Positions 1 through 9,841 of a DNA stretch of 64,000 bases are shown one piece after another. Under the pieces are notes generated by a model. That model saw nothing but the letters and a program-made list of their open reading frames with translations. It searched no databases and had not been told where the DNA came from. Within the stretch, counting starts at the first letter, position 1. Each line of letters opens with the position of its first letter. Source of the DNA: Thermoplasmata archaeon (lineage in GTDB: Archaea > Thermoplasmatota > E2 > DHVEG-1); assembly GCA_020054475.1 (NCBI GenBank), contig JAHWGJ010000005.1, positions 1,025 to 65,024 of the forward strand, read 5' to 3'. A program made the position numbers and the translations under genes.

Positions 1-233
1 CCCGATATTAAATTTATCTCAATATTAATATATAATGTGACTTTATATATATAACTTATTTTATAATATGTGTTATGGAAATATATAATAAGTAAAAATT
101 TTATAATACTTTTAAAATTGAGAATTATAAATTACTAGATATCATAGATTTACTTTAGAAAAAAATTAAATATTGCTGAAGATATTCTTTTATATATTAA
201 CCATGTTATATTAATTATGGGGGGTATAATTAA

Positions 234-1469
234 ATGAAAAAACAAATAATTACCACAATTATTTTATGTATATTAATTGGAGTAACAATCACTCCAACAA
301 CAATAAGTATAAACCAATATCCAAAAAAAATAACAAACTCGTTAGAGAATCAAGATACACTCTCAGATTTCATTTTCGACAACTATATTCAAATTTTAAT
401 GAAAATAGCACATAAACCATCAATTGCTGTAGGAATCATATACGATGATGATATAGTATGGTCAAAAGGATATGGATTATATGATATTGAAAATCAAAAA
501 CAAACTAATGAAGATATATTATACCTACAAGCATCCGTATCAAAAACAGTTACAGCAACAGCATTAATGCAACTATATGAAAAAGGATTATTTGACCTAG
601 ATGATGATGTAAATAACTATCTTCCTTTTAATCTAAGAAATCCAAATCATCCAGATGATCCAATTACAATCAAAATGATTTTATCCCACCGATCAAGTCT
701 AGCAGATGATAACCTATACTGGATAGCATTATCATATCTACCTGGAGACCCAGATGTGGAGGGATTCCCATATCCCTGGCTTGAAGATTATCTAACACCT
801 GAAGGAAATGGATATAGTTCATCAACATGGTCAAATTCAAAACCAGGTGAAAACTTCTATTACGCGAACATAGGATTCTCAATAATTGCATATCTCGTTG
901 AAATATTATCAAATCAAAACTTTAATGAATATTGTATAGAAAATATATTTGAACCATTACAGATGCATAATTCTAGTTTTAGACTAAAAGATCATGACAT
1001 AAACAATATTGCAGTACCATATGAATATAAAAATGGGAACTATTTCAGACATCCTCACTATGGAATTCATATTTTATATCCATCAATAACCTTGAGAACT
1101 TCAATTAATGAATTCTCTCATTTTATTATTGCACATATGAATGGGGGAGTTTGGAACAATGTAAGAATACTAGAAGAAGTAACAGTTGAACTTATGCATA
1201 CCGTACATTTTCCAACAGAAGCAAATTATAATTATGGTCTTGGATGGTTTGTACAATATCAAGAAAATGGTAACAAAGTAGTAAGCCATAGCGGAGGATA
1301 TGTAGGAGTTCTTGATAGAGTTACAATATTCATAGATGATAATATAACAGTTATGTTCTTTTCAAATGAATTAGATTCAGAATTACTTGATACATATATA
1401 GAGCGTAGAGCAGTTAGAGCAATAAATAATGCATTAATAAATAAAGCATATCAAATAACTGGATACTAA
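234..1469 (+). CDS. serine hydrolase / beta-lactamase (class C, PBP-like) family protein, secreted or membrane-anchored
   Basis: SxxK motif (ASVSKT) and a Y-x-N motif (YYANIGF). N-terminal hydrophobic segment. GGGGGT SD-like sequence 8 nt upstream of the ATG. Confidence 0.8.
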   Translation: MKKQIITTIILCILIGVTITPTTISINQYPKKITNSLENQDTLSDFIFDNYIQILMKIAHKPSIAVGIIYDDDIVWSKGYGLYDIENQKQTNEDILYLQASVSKTVTATALMQLYEKGLFDLDDDVNNYLPFNLRNPNHPDDPITIKMILSHRSSLADDNLYWIALSYLPGDPDVEGFPYPWLEDYLTPEGNGYSSSTWSNSKPGENFYYANIGFSIIAYLVEILSNQNFNEYCIENIFEPLQMHNSSFRLKDHDINNIAVPYEYKNGNYFRHPHYGIHILYPSITLRTSINEFSHFIIAHMNGGVWNNVRILEEVTVELMHTVHFPTEANYNYGLGWFVQYQENGNKVVSHSGGYVGVLDRVTIFIDDNITVMFFSNELDSELLDTYIERRAVRAINNALINKAYQITGY

Positions 1470-1544
1470 AAATTTCAATATCACCTTATTTATTAACAAA
1501 ATTTATATATTAATATTAACTAAAATAAATAGCAAGGGAGTTGT

Positions 1545-2834
1545 ATGAATAAAATAAAATTCTTTATAATTTTATCATTATCAATAATTTGCTTAATTAA
1601 TTCAGCTATTGGAAATATAAAATCTGAGGATAAAAATCAGATTGAAATCAACTCATATAATGAAAAACCAATTCCTGATTTTGAATGGACCCCAGAATGG
1701 CCAAATACTTCAACAATAATTCATTTCAATGCTAGTAAAAGCTATGATCCAGATGGATATATAAACATGTATTCTTGGGATTTTACAAATGATGGAGTAG
1801 CAGATAAAACTGGAATGGAAGTCACTTGGTCATGGGATTATGAAGGGACCTACACTATAAGATTATCAATTTGCGATGATTTATTATTATGCAATGGAAC
1901 AACAAAAGAGATTCGAGTGTTAGAATCAACACCTGTATCAGATTTTACATGGTTCCCTGAAAAACCAATAATAAATCAAATAGTAACAATGGATGCTTCC
2001 AATAGTTTTGATAACGATGGCTTTATAATGATTTATTATTGGGATTATGATGGAGATCCAGACTGGGATGTTGTAGGAGGTGATGAAGATCGAATTGTAT
2101 CTTATTCTTGGGATACGATTGGAACATATATAATCACTCTGAAAGTAGTTGATAATAATTCAAATTATGATATAATAAACAAATTAATAACCATAACTGA
2201 TAATAATCCGCCCTATATTCCGCATAATCCATATCCTGGAGATGGAGCCGAAGAATTATCAACTAAAGTTATATTAAGTTGGGATGGTGGAGATCCCGAT
2301 GGAGACATTGTAACTTATGATGTTTATTTTGGATCTATGCCGCCAATTCAAAAAGTAAGCAATAATCAATCAGAAACTGAATATAATCCTGGTGAATTAT
2401 CAAATGATTTAACATATTTCTGGAATATTGTTGCTTGGGATACCAAAGAGGCAAAATCGAATAGCCCCTCCTGGTATTTTACTACATCTTCAGAAGAAGA
2501 TGATATCCCCCCTTATGTAAGTATCATTGATCCAACAAATGGGTTATATTTATTTAATAAAAAAATGATGAATCTAACTGATAAAATATTTGTTATTGGG
2601 CCAATTACTATTATTTTAGAAATATTTGATAATGAATCAGGTATTAACTATGTTGAATTTCTATTAAAAGGATACATTACCAATTCAACAATAAATACAA
2701 CAATTCATGGTATTCCACCAGTAAGTTATAACTTTGGAACTTTCTCATTTGAAAGATGGAAATTTACAGTAACTGCATATGATACTGCTAATAATTCAGC
2801 GTATGATGAGATAGAAATTTGGAAAATATTATAA
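1545..2834 (+). CDS. secreted PKD-domain protein with FN3-like segment
   Basis: Signal peptide. Two tandem PKD-like repeats (F.W.PE.P.....I.F.AS.S.D.DG.I..Y.WDF) followed by a W..GDPDGD..TYDVYFG segment. Confidence 0.75.
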   Translation: MNKIKFFIILSLSIICLINSAIGNIKSEDKNQIEINSYNEKPIPDFEWTPEWPNTSTIIHFNASKSYDPDGYINMYSWDFTNDGVADKTGMEVTWSWDYEGTYTIRLSICDDLLLCNGTTKEIRVLESTPVSDFTWFPEKPIINQIVTMDASNSFDNDGFIMIYYWDYDGDPDWDVVGGDEDRIVSYSWDTIGTYIITLKVVDNNSNYDIINKLITITDNNPPYIPHNPYPGDGAEELSTKVILSWDGGDPDGDIVTYDVYFGSMPPIQKVSNNQSETEYNPGELSNDLTYFWNIVAWDTKEAKSNSPSWYFTTSSEEDDIPPYVSIIDPTNGLYLFNKKMMNLTDKIFVIGPITIILEIFDNESGINYVEFLLKGYITNSTINTTIHGIPPVSYNFGTFSFERWKFTVTAYDTANNSAYDEIEIWKIL

Positions 2835-2854
2835 AAAATAAATTGATTAATAAA

Positions 2855-3790
2855 TTACAAGAGAAGATCAATATTTAATTTTTCAGAAATTTCTTTATAG
2901 CGATTTCTAATAGTAACTTCTGTAACTCCTGCAACGTCTGCCACCTCTCGTTGCGTTCTTCTCTCCCCACATAAAACTGATGCAATATAAAGAGATGCTG
3001 CAGCTAAACCAGTTGGCCCACGTCCACTTGTAAGCTCTTGATTTGAAGCCTCACGCAATATCTCTAATGTCTTTGTTTTTACATCAGAACTCAATTTCAA
3101 TACACTACAAAATCTTGAAATATAATCCTGTGGTGAAGTAGGCATTAATTTTAATTCCAATTCACGTGATATATATCTATAGGTTCTACCGATTTCCTTT
3201 CTAGATATTCGGGCAGTACTACTAATTTCATCCAATGTTCGAGGTACATTACATTGCCTACATGCAGCATAAAGCGAGGCAGCAGTAACACCTTCAATGC
3301 TTCTACCACGAACCAATTTTTTTAATGCTGCTTTCCGATAAATCATTGCTGCAGTTTCTCTAACCGCTCTAGGGAGACTTAAAGTTGAAGATAGTCTATC
3401 AAGTCCCTGAAGAGCAATTGCTAAATTTCTTTCAGTAGCATCACTGATTCTAACTCTTCTTTGCCATTTTCTTAATCTATATAGCTGAGCTCTTGTCCTT
3501 GTAGGTATTGATCTACCATATGAATCACGATTTTTCCAGTCAATTATAGTACTAAGTCCCTTGTCATGAAGTGTATAAGTCATTGGTGCACCAGTTCTAG
3601 ATCTTTTATCACGTTGTTCACTGTCAAATGCACGCCATTCAGGTCCTTGATCAATAATCTCAGCATCAATTACAAGTCCACAACTTTGACAAACTAACTC
3701 TGCTCTAGAATAATCTCTATCTAAATGTGTCCCTCCACATTCAGGACAATGAATCGTTTCTTCAATTTTCTGCTTTTCCTTTTTAATCAA
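2855..3790 (-). CDS. tfb: transcription initiation factor IIB (TFB)
   Basis: N-terminal zinc ribbon CPECGG..(x)..CQSCGLV followed by two cyclin-fold repeats. 311 aa. Confidence 0.95.
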   Translation of the reverse strand: MIKKEKQKIEETIHCPECGGTHLDRDYSRAELVCQSCGLVIDAEIIDQGPEWRAFDSEQRDKRSRTGAPMTYTLHDKGLSTIIDWKNRDSYGRSIPTRTRAQLYRLRKWQRRVRISDATERNLAIALQGLDRLSSTLSLPRAVRETAAMIYRKAALKKLVRGRSIEGVTAASLYAACRQCNVPRTLDEISSTARISRKEIGRTYRYISRELELKLMPTSPQDYISRFCSVLKLSSDVKTKTLEILREASNQELTSGRGPTGLAAASLYIASVLCGERRTQREVADVAGVTEVTIRNRYKEISEKLNIDLLL

Positions 3791-3847
3791 AATATATCAA
3801 ACCCATTATCAATTTGATTACTTATTAGATATATAAATAGATAATCT

Positions 3848-4399
3848 TTACTTTTTTAGAAAACCTAATGAAATAAGCTCCTTTGAAACCTTTTCAACTG
3901 CTATCGAAATATCATCCATATTTCTTGCACCTGCACATACAACTTTACCAGATCCAAATAATAACAAAGCAACCTTAGGTTCAGCTAACCTATATACAAG
4001 GCCCGGAAATTGCTCAGGTTCATATTCAACATTTTCTAAACCCAGTGCTACTGCAACTTCGCTTAGATTTAATTCTCCACCTAAATCAGAAGTTGCTACA
4101 ATATTCTGAATGACTATATCATGGTCCTTATATACTTTTACACCAATTTTTTCCAATTTCTCCGATATTATCTTAATATTAGTTTTTACATCACTAATGG
4201 TTTTTGCACCTGTGCAGTTTGCCGCCCCACTTCTAAATAAAAGTGTTGCTGTTTTTGGGTCACTCAAACGATAAACCAAGCCGGGAAATTGCTCAGGTTC
4301 ATATTCTGCTTCTTCTAATGATTGTGCTATCATATCTAGATCTAATTTTTCAGCAAAGGTTGTTGATGCTACAATATTTTGTACTTTAATTTCTATCAT
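3848..4399 (-). CDS. tbp: TATA-box binding protein
   Basis: Two internal repeats, each containing QNIVA...EYEPEQFPGLVYRL...LLF.SGK. 183 aa. Confidence 0.95.
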   Translation of the reverse strand: MIEIKVQNIVASTTFAEKLDLDMIAQSLEEAEYEPEQFPGLVYRLSDPKTATLLFRSGAANCTGAKTISDVKTNIKIISEKLEKIGVKVYKDHDIVIQNIVATSDLGGELNLSEVAVALGLENVEYEPEQFPGLVYRLAEPKVALLLFGSGKVVCAGARNMDDISIAVEKVSKELISLGFLKK

Positions 4400-4673
4400 A
4401 TATTATCCAATCCAAATAATTATTTTTTATATTTTATTGAATAACCAGAAATAACACATGCTTTATAATGTTAAGTATAATCAATTTTTCCGATTTTATT
4501 AATAAATAAACGATAAGAAATCACTTATTTTTAGTATCATACCTTTCTAATTTTTAAAAAATATAGAAAAAATTATTGATGTAATATTTAATATATTTGC
4601 AATAAAATCATTACCGTAAATTTTAAACACTATTTATTTTATTTATATTAATAATAATTATAGGAGAATTTAA

Positions 4674-6590
4674 ATGTTTAATAAATTATCATTAAAAATA
4701 ATATCAATACTAATAACAATTATCTTTATTATAACATGTTTTTCATCTGTTAATGCAAATAACTCCAAATTAAATTATATTGAATTAGAATTAAATTTTT
4801 CGCCTCCTGAGATTATACCTTATAATGAAAATATTATTATTAAAATAAAAGAACAGGATTTTAGCAGAATGGATTTTGGAAAACCAGTAATACCATATTG
4901 TTTATTTGAATATGATCTAATATTTGGCTCAGATATAATAAATATCGAATATGAAAATTCAAATCCAATTATATATAATCTAACACAACAAATTGCCAAA
5001 GCTTCATATCCTAGATTTGACAAATTGGATATTTACAATGATATTAAAAAAATTAATCCTCAAAATTCATACAATTCATATCCCTCAGATTGGGTCTCTT
5101 ATCATAAAGGTGGTGGAATAAAAAAAGGAATTCATAAGACATTTTTTTCATTAAGAGTATATCCCATAATTTATTATGAAAATGTTAATCAAATAAAATT
5201 CATAAGTAACATCACCATTAAAATTACATATCAAGAACCAGAAAAACCTATTCTTAATGATCCAGATGTTTATGATTTATTAATATTAACACCAACAAAA
5301 TATGAAGAATTATTAAATCCATTATCAGATCATAAAAACAATTTTGGGGTATCCACAAAAATTGTAACTTTAGATAAGGTATATGAAGAAATGTATTGGC
5401 ATGGTAGAGATAAACAAGAAAAAATTAAATATTTCATTAAAGAATCAATTGAAAAGTGGGGAATAACTCATGTATTATTGATAGGTGGATTAAATGGTCA
5501 AACAACTACATGGGATTTTCCAATAAGATATAGCCATGTTGTACCGCCGGATGAACAAGAATATGCAGAACAAACCTTCATATCGGATCTATATTATGCT
5601 GATATATATGATAGTAAAGGTGAATTTATAACCTGGGATTCAAATAATAATGATATTTTTTCTCAATGGAATGAAACATATAGAGAAGAAATGGATCTCT
5701 ATCCTGATGTATATCTTGGAAGATTACCATGCCGAAATACAAATGAAGTAAAGATAATGGTCAATAAAATAATTAATTATGAAAAAGAAAAACTAAGTAA
5801 TGAATGGTTTAAAAATTTACTACTAGTAGCTGGAGATTCATATAATGATACCGCACACTTTAATGAAGGCGAACTAATATCAAATAAAGCAATAGAGTTA
5901 ATGCCAGATTTTACCCCAATTAAGGTTTATTCATCGGAACAAGACATCAATCGTAAAACAGTAAATAATGCTATGAATCAAGGATCAGGATTCGCCTACT
6001 TTTGCGGGCATGGAAGCCCCGCATCATGGAGTACCCATTTTCCACCTGATGGAAACAAATGGACAACAGGTTATAATGTTAATGATATGATATTTTTAAG
6101 AAACAAAGAAAAATTACCAATTACCATTGTGGGGGGATGCCATAACGGTGAATTTGATGTTTCAATGATGAATATTATTGAAGGGATAATCGAACACGGA
6201 TTAAGAGAATATTTCTTTCAACCTCCTTTTTGGTTTTATTATAATGAATGGGTCCCCAACTGTTGGGCTTGGTGGCTAACCAGCAAATCAAATGGAGGAG
6301 CAATAGCAACAATTGCAAATACCGGACTTGGAACTCATGGGGAAGATGACTCTGATAATAATTCCATTGCTGATTATCTTGAAATTTTAGATGGATGGTT
6401 AGAATTGAAATTCCTTCAATTATATGGGGAAAACAATTTTGATTGTCTCGGAGAAAATCACGGGGATTCTCTATCTGGTTATTTAAATAGATTCCTTGGA
6501 GATAATGCTAAAATGGATGTAAAAATGGTTCAACAATGGGAATTATTTGGAGATCCAAGCTTAAAAATTGGCGGATATGATACAAAATAA
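4674..6590 (+). CDS. peptidase C25 (gingipain-like) family cysteine protease, secreted
   Basis: Signal peptide. Gingipain-like catalytic His (FCGHGSPASWS) and Cys (VGGCHNGEFD) contexts. YDLLILTP...LLIGG architecture. Paralogue of 50350..52329. Confidence 0.7.
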   Translation: MFNKLSLKIISILITIIFIITCFSSVNANNSKLNYIELELNFSPPEIIPYNENIIIKIKEQDFSRMDFGKPVIPYCLFEYDLIFGSDIINIEYENSNPIIYNLTQQIAKASYPRFDKLDIYNDIKKINPQNSYNSYPSDWVSYHKGGGIKKGIHKTFFSLRVYPIIYYENVNQIKFISNITIKITYQEPEKPILNDPDVYDLLILTPTKYEELLNPLSDHKNNFGVSTKIVTLDKVYEEMYWHGRDKQEKIKYFIKESIEKWGITHVLLIGGLNGQTTTWDFPIRYSHVVPPDEQEYAEQTFISDLYYADIYDSKGEFITWDSNNNDIFSQWNETYREEMDLYPDVYLGRLPCRNTNEVKIMVNKIINYEKEKLSNEWFKNLLLVAGDSYNDTAHFNEGELISNKAIELMPDFTPIKVYSSEQDINRKTVNNAMNQGSGFAYFCGHGSPASWSTHFPPDGNKWTTGYNVNDMIFLRNKEKLPITIVGGCHNGEFDVSMMNIIEGIIEHGLREYFFQPPFWFYYNEWVPNCWAWWLTSKSNGGAIATIANTGLGTHGEDDSDNNSIADYLEILDGWLELKFLQLYGENNFDCLGENHGDSLSGYLNRFLGDNAKMDVKMVQQWELFGDPSLKIGGYDTK

Positions 6591-6632
6591 TAAAAAAAAG
6601 AAAGAAAAAAGAAAAGAGACTAGACTATTGTC

Positions 6633-6818
6633 TTATTTCTTTTTTAGATATGGTAGACCGGTTCTTTTGTTAACACCAACAGTATAGTTGTCGGGTTTAT
6701 CACATGGTGTACCACTCTTTGGGTCTCTCTTACTAAAGAAGTAAATTGTCTGGTTTCTTCCACCCTTAAGTTGCACATCTCGTGTATATAAAGTCCATCC
6801 TTCATATTCGTAGGCCAT
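6633..6818 (-). CDS. small basic conserved hypothetical protein (61 aa)
   Basis: The internal ATG at 6818 is preceded by GGAGGT with 8-nt spacing. The longer 85-aa ORF start has no SD. Confidence 0.5.
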   Translation of the reverse strand: MAYEYEGWTLYTRDVQLKGGRNQTIYFFSKRDPKSGTPCDKPDNYTVGVNKRTGLPYLKKK

Positions 6819-7154
6819 AATTTTAACCTCCGCAACAGGAATACATATCTTATGATTTAAACCTTTCCTTATTTTTACAGATATAAACACTATAAATCTC
6901 TTTTTTTTCAGGAGTTTTTTTTATATAAAAAAAATAAACAATTAAATATAAAAAAACAAGATTTTAGTCATTTGTTATTAAAGAAATAATTTTTCATATT
7001 AATTCGCTAATTTAACTAATTTCTTAGTTTAAACACGATAAAGTAAATCATAACTTGATAATATACTACTCTTGAGATTAGGTGATTTTATTAATCAACA
7101 ACAAATAACTTTATAATATAGTCCAATATAGCGGCTGAAAAAGTTGATGATATT

Positions 7155-7394
7155 ATGATTAATGCATATATCCTTCTATCTATGAAGCCTGGTAAATCTG
7201 ATACGGCTATACTAAAAATGAGAAAAATTGAAAATGTTGAGAAAATATCAATAGTAGCCGGAGATTATGACATTGTAGTCAGAGTTCACGTTAAATCTTT
7301 GGAGAAATTACTTATTGTAACTGATAAACTTCAAATGATAGAAGGCGTTAGAAAAACAACTACCCAAGTAATTGAAAAAGAAATAGCATTATGA
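7155..7394 (+). CDS. stand-alone Lrp/AsnC-type ligand-binding (RAM) domain protein
   Basis: 79 aa with the pattern AYILLSMKPG...VAGDYDIVVRV typical of the AsnC_trans_reg fold. No HTH domain. The stop overlaps the next start (ATGA). Confidence 0.7.
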   Translation: MINAYILLSMKPGKSDTAILKMRKIENVEKISIVAGDYDIVVRVHVKSLEKLLIVTDKLQMIEGVRKTTTQVIEKEIAL

Positions 7395-8635
7395 GAATAA
7401 GAAAAAGATATTTATTCTATGTTCTAGCATTCGCCTCTACAATTATTGCTGCAGGTGTATCATCAATAGATGCTACAATAAACTCTCTTTTTATTCCAAA
7501 TGCTTGGGCTTTTAGTTTTTCATGTTTTTTAATTGGAACAGGAATTACATTTATTATTTTATTAATTTTTTCAATTCCAATCAATAAGACAAAAAGTTTA
7601 GGTGCAAAAATTATTGACCCCTCCTTTAATAAAATTAGATTTATTAGAAAATCTGAAATTAAATATCATACAATAGCAGGTTTAGGTAATTCCATTCTAA
7701 CTATTGGATATATCTCATTAATTTCAATATTAGGTGATCCAGCAGCGGTCCTCCCTTTTACCCAAATTGTGATTTTATATCTTATTATTATAGAATCAAT
7801 TATTGAAAAGGATACCCCTACGTTAATAGAAATCCAATCTGCAATTATTGTAACCTTTGGAGCAATCCTGGGATCAATATCCTTAACAGGGGATATAAAT
7901 CTAATATCATTAGCTATTGTATTCCTAATAGTAAATCCAGCATGGGTCATATTCTCAATTTATCAAAGAAAATTAAAATTATTAAAAATTGATGATAAAC
8001 CAAATGATTCTTTAAATATCAGATTCTGGAATGTGATATTTGCATGTATTTTTACTTCTATTATAATTATAACATATGATTTTTTAATAGGAACAGAATA
8101 TTTACTAGAGGGAATATCCGTATCAATCAAATATTTTAACTGGGTAGCATTAACAATGGTAGTTACTTTCTTCTCATATGTTTTTTATATACGTGCACTA
8201 GGTATAGGTAAAGCCAGTGTAACACAAGCAGTAAGAGCAACAGTAGTTATTTTTGTAATTCCCTTTTCTTTATTGTTATCATATTTTAATATAATTCCAC
8301 CTTTTACAACTGATCCCGTAATGATATTAATAAAAATAATTGGAACAATACTAGTATTACTAGGGATATCAACATTCGCTCTGTCACTATTAAAAGCTTA
8401 CGTTTTCATAAATGTAAAACCAGGATATCCCATAAAAGAAACAATGGATAAACTATGGAATATTCATGGAGTAACAAGAGTAACAGTAATAGCCGGAAAA
8501 TATGATTTCATGATAAAAATTAGAATACGAACCCTAATGAAAGGTTATGAAAAAATAATTAAAAAAATAGAAGAAATCGAATCAATAAAAGAATATAAAT
8601 GGTTTTCAGTTCTAAGAGAATGGGAAGAAATTTAA
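7391..8635 (+). CDS. polytopic membrane protein (DMT/EamA-like) with C-terminal RAM domain
   Basis: About 10 hydrophobic helices. The C-terminal ~80 aa (AYVFINVKPG...IAGKYDFMIKIRI) are homologous to the preceding 79-aa ORF. Confidence 0.65.
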   Translation: MRIRKRYLFYVLAFASTIIAAGVSSIDATINSLFIPNAWAFSFSCFLIGTGITFIILLIFSIPINKTKSLGAKIIDPSFNKIRFIRKSEIKYHTIAGLGNSILTIGYISLISILGDPAAVLPFTQIVILYLIIIESIIEKDTPTLIEIQSAIIVTFGAILGSISLTGDINLISLAIVFLIVNPAWVIFSIYQRKLKLLKIDDKPNDSLNIRFWNVIFACIFTSIIIITYDFLIGTEYLLEGISVSIKYFNWVALTMVVTFFSYVFYIRALGIGKASVTQAVRATVVIFVIPFSLLLSYFNIIPPFTTDPVMILIKIIGTILVLLGISTFALSLLKAYVFINVKPGYPIKETMDKLWNIHGVTRVTVIAGKYDFMIKIRIRTLMKGYEKIIKKIEEIESIKEYKWFSVLREWEEI

Positions 8636-8690
8636 TATAATTTAAAAAACTATTTCACTAAAGAGTATATAACATCAATAAGGTATATTT

Positions 8691-9794
8691 ATGACAGATG
8701 ATAGACTAAAAAAATTAGCAAAAATCTTAATCAACCATTCCCTTAGAATTAAAAAAGATGATTTTTTCATGATTTCAGGAGGAATAAAATCAGCTCCTCT
8801 GATAAAAGAAGTTTTTGAACAATCATTAGAAATTGGAGCAAATCCATTTATTAGAACTGGTTTTGAAGAATTAGCAGAAATATTTTATAAAAAAGCATCC
8901 GAAAAACAACTTAAATTTATATCGCCCTTATCAAAACTTGAAATTCAAAAAATTGATGCTAAACTAGCAATAATAAGTCCAGAAAATACAAGAAATATGA
9001 CTAATATAGATCCAAAAAAACAAGTAATAAGTAGTATTGCACAACAACCGATTCAAGATATCTTCCTAAAAAGAGCAGCATCTAAAGAATTAAGATGGTG
9101 CATAACTCAATATCCAACACATGCATCAGCCCAAGATGCAGAAATGTCACTTAGCGAATATGAAGATTTTATATTTAATGCAGCACATATTAACTCAAAA
9201 AACCCAATTGAATATTGGAAAAAAACCTATAAAAATCAAGAAAAAACCAAAAAACTATTGGAGAAAAAAAGGAAATTACAAATATTTGCAAAAAACACAG
9301 ATTTAACAATAAAAGTTGAAAATAGAAAATGGATAAATTGCTATGGAAAAGAAAATTTTCCAGATGGAGAAATTTTTACAGGACCTATTGAAAACTCAGC
9401 TGAAGGATATATAAACTATTCATTCCCCGCTGTTCATGGTAGCAGATTAATAGATGATATAAACCTTTGGTTCAAAAAAGGAAAAATCGTTAAATCTAAA
9501 GCATCTACTGGTGAAAATTTTCTAAAAACAATGATCAAAATGGATAAAGGATCACAAAGAATCGGAGAATTTGCATTTGGAACAAATTATGGCATAAAAA
9601 AATATACAAAAAATACATTATTTGATGAAAAAATTGGAGGAACAATACATGTTGCAATAGGCTTGGGATTCCCAGAGACGGGAAGTAAAAATAAATCAAG
9701 CTTACATTGGGATATGGTATGTAATCTAAGAAAAAATGGGGAAGTATATGCCGATAACGAATTAATTTATAAAAATGGAAAATTTTTAATTTAA
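8691..9794 (+). CDS. aminopeptidase, M29 (AmpS/PepS) family
   Basis: N-terminal LKKLAKILINHSL...KKDD and C-terminal GEFAFGTN...FDEKIGGTIHVAIG...HWDM motifs typical of M29. Confidence 0.85.
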   Translation: MTDDRLKKLAKILINHSLRIKKDDFFMISGGIKSAPLIKEVFEQSLEIGANPFIRTGFEELAEIFYKKASEKQLKFISPLSKLEIQKIDAKLAIISPENTRNMTNIDPKKQVISSIAQQPIQDIFLKRAASKELRWCITQYPTHASAQDAEMSLSEYEDFIFNAAHINSKNPIEYWKKTYKNQEKTKKLLEKKRKLQIFAKNTDLTIKVENRKWINCYGKENFPDGEIFTGPIENSAEGYINYSFPAVHGSRLIDDINLWFKKGKIVKSKASTGENFLKTMIKMDKGSQRIGEFAFGTNYGIKKYTKNTLFDEKIGGTIHVAIGLGFPETGSKNKSSLHWDMVCNLRKNGEVYADNELIYKNGKFLI

Positions 9795-9841
9795 TAAAAT
9801 AAAAAACCTATAAATATCCTTTTTTCATTAAGAGTTATATA

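Noticed and set aside
670-912. Short ORFs in the supplied track that lie antisense to, or out of frame within, long well-supported genes. Examples are 670-912, 4820-5023, 7666-7950, 10588-10776, 12895-13152, 14715-15002, 16435-16644, 18326-18553, 21209-21409, 28075-28341, 35368-35703, 39019-39264, 52494-52925 and 53266-53502.
   Set aside because: Each is fully embedded in a gene with clear family motifs. They have no SD and show low-complexity or hydrophobic shadow-frame composition typical of AT-rich genomes.
6819-6890. N-terminal extensions given by the longest-ORF rule. Examples are 6633-6890, 20931-22043, 26220-26624, 36870-38642, 39453-39761, 46481-47602, 48837-49250, 55844 and 59186.
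   Set aside because: Internal ATGs have proper SD spacing and match the conserved family N-termini. Several of the extensions would overlap upstream genes.
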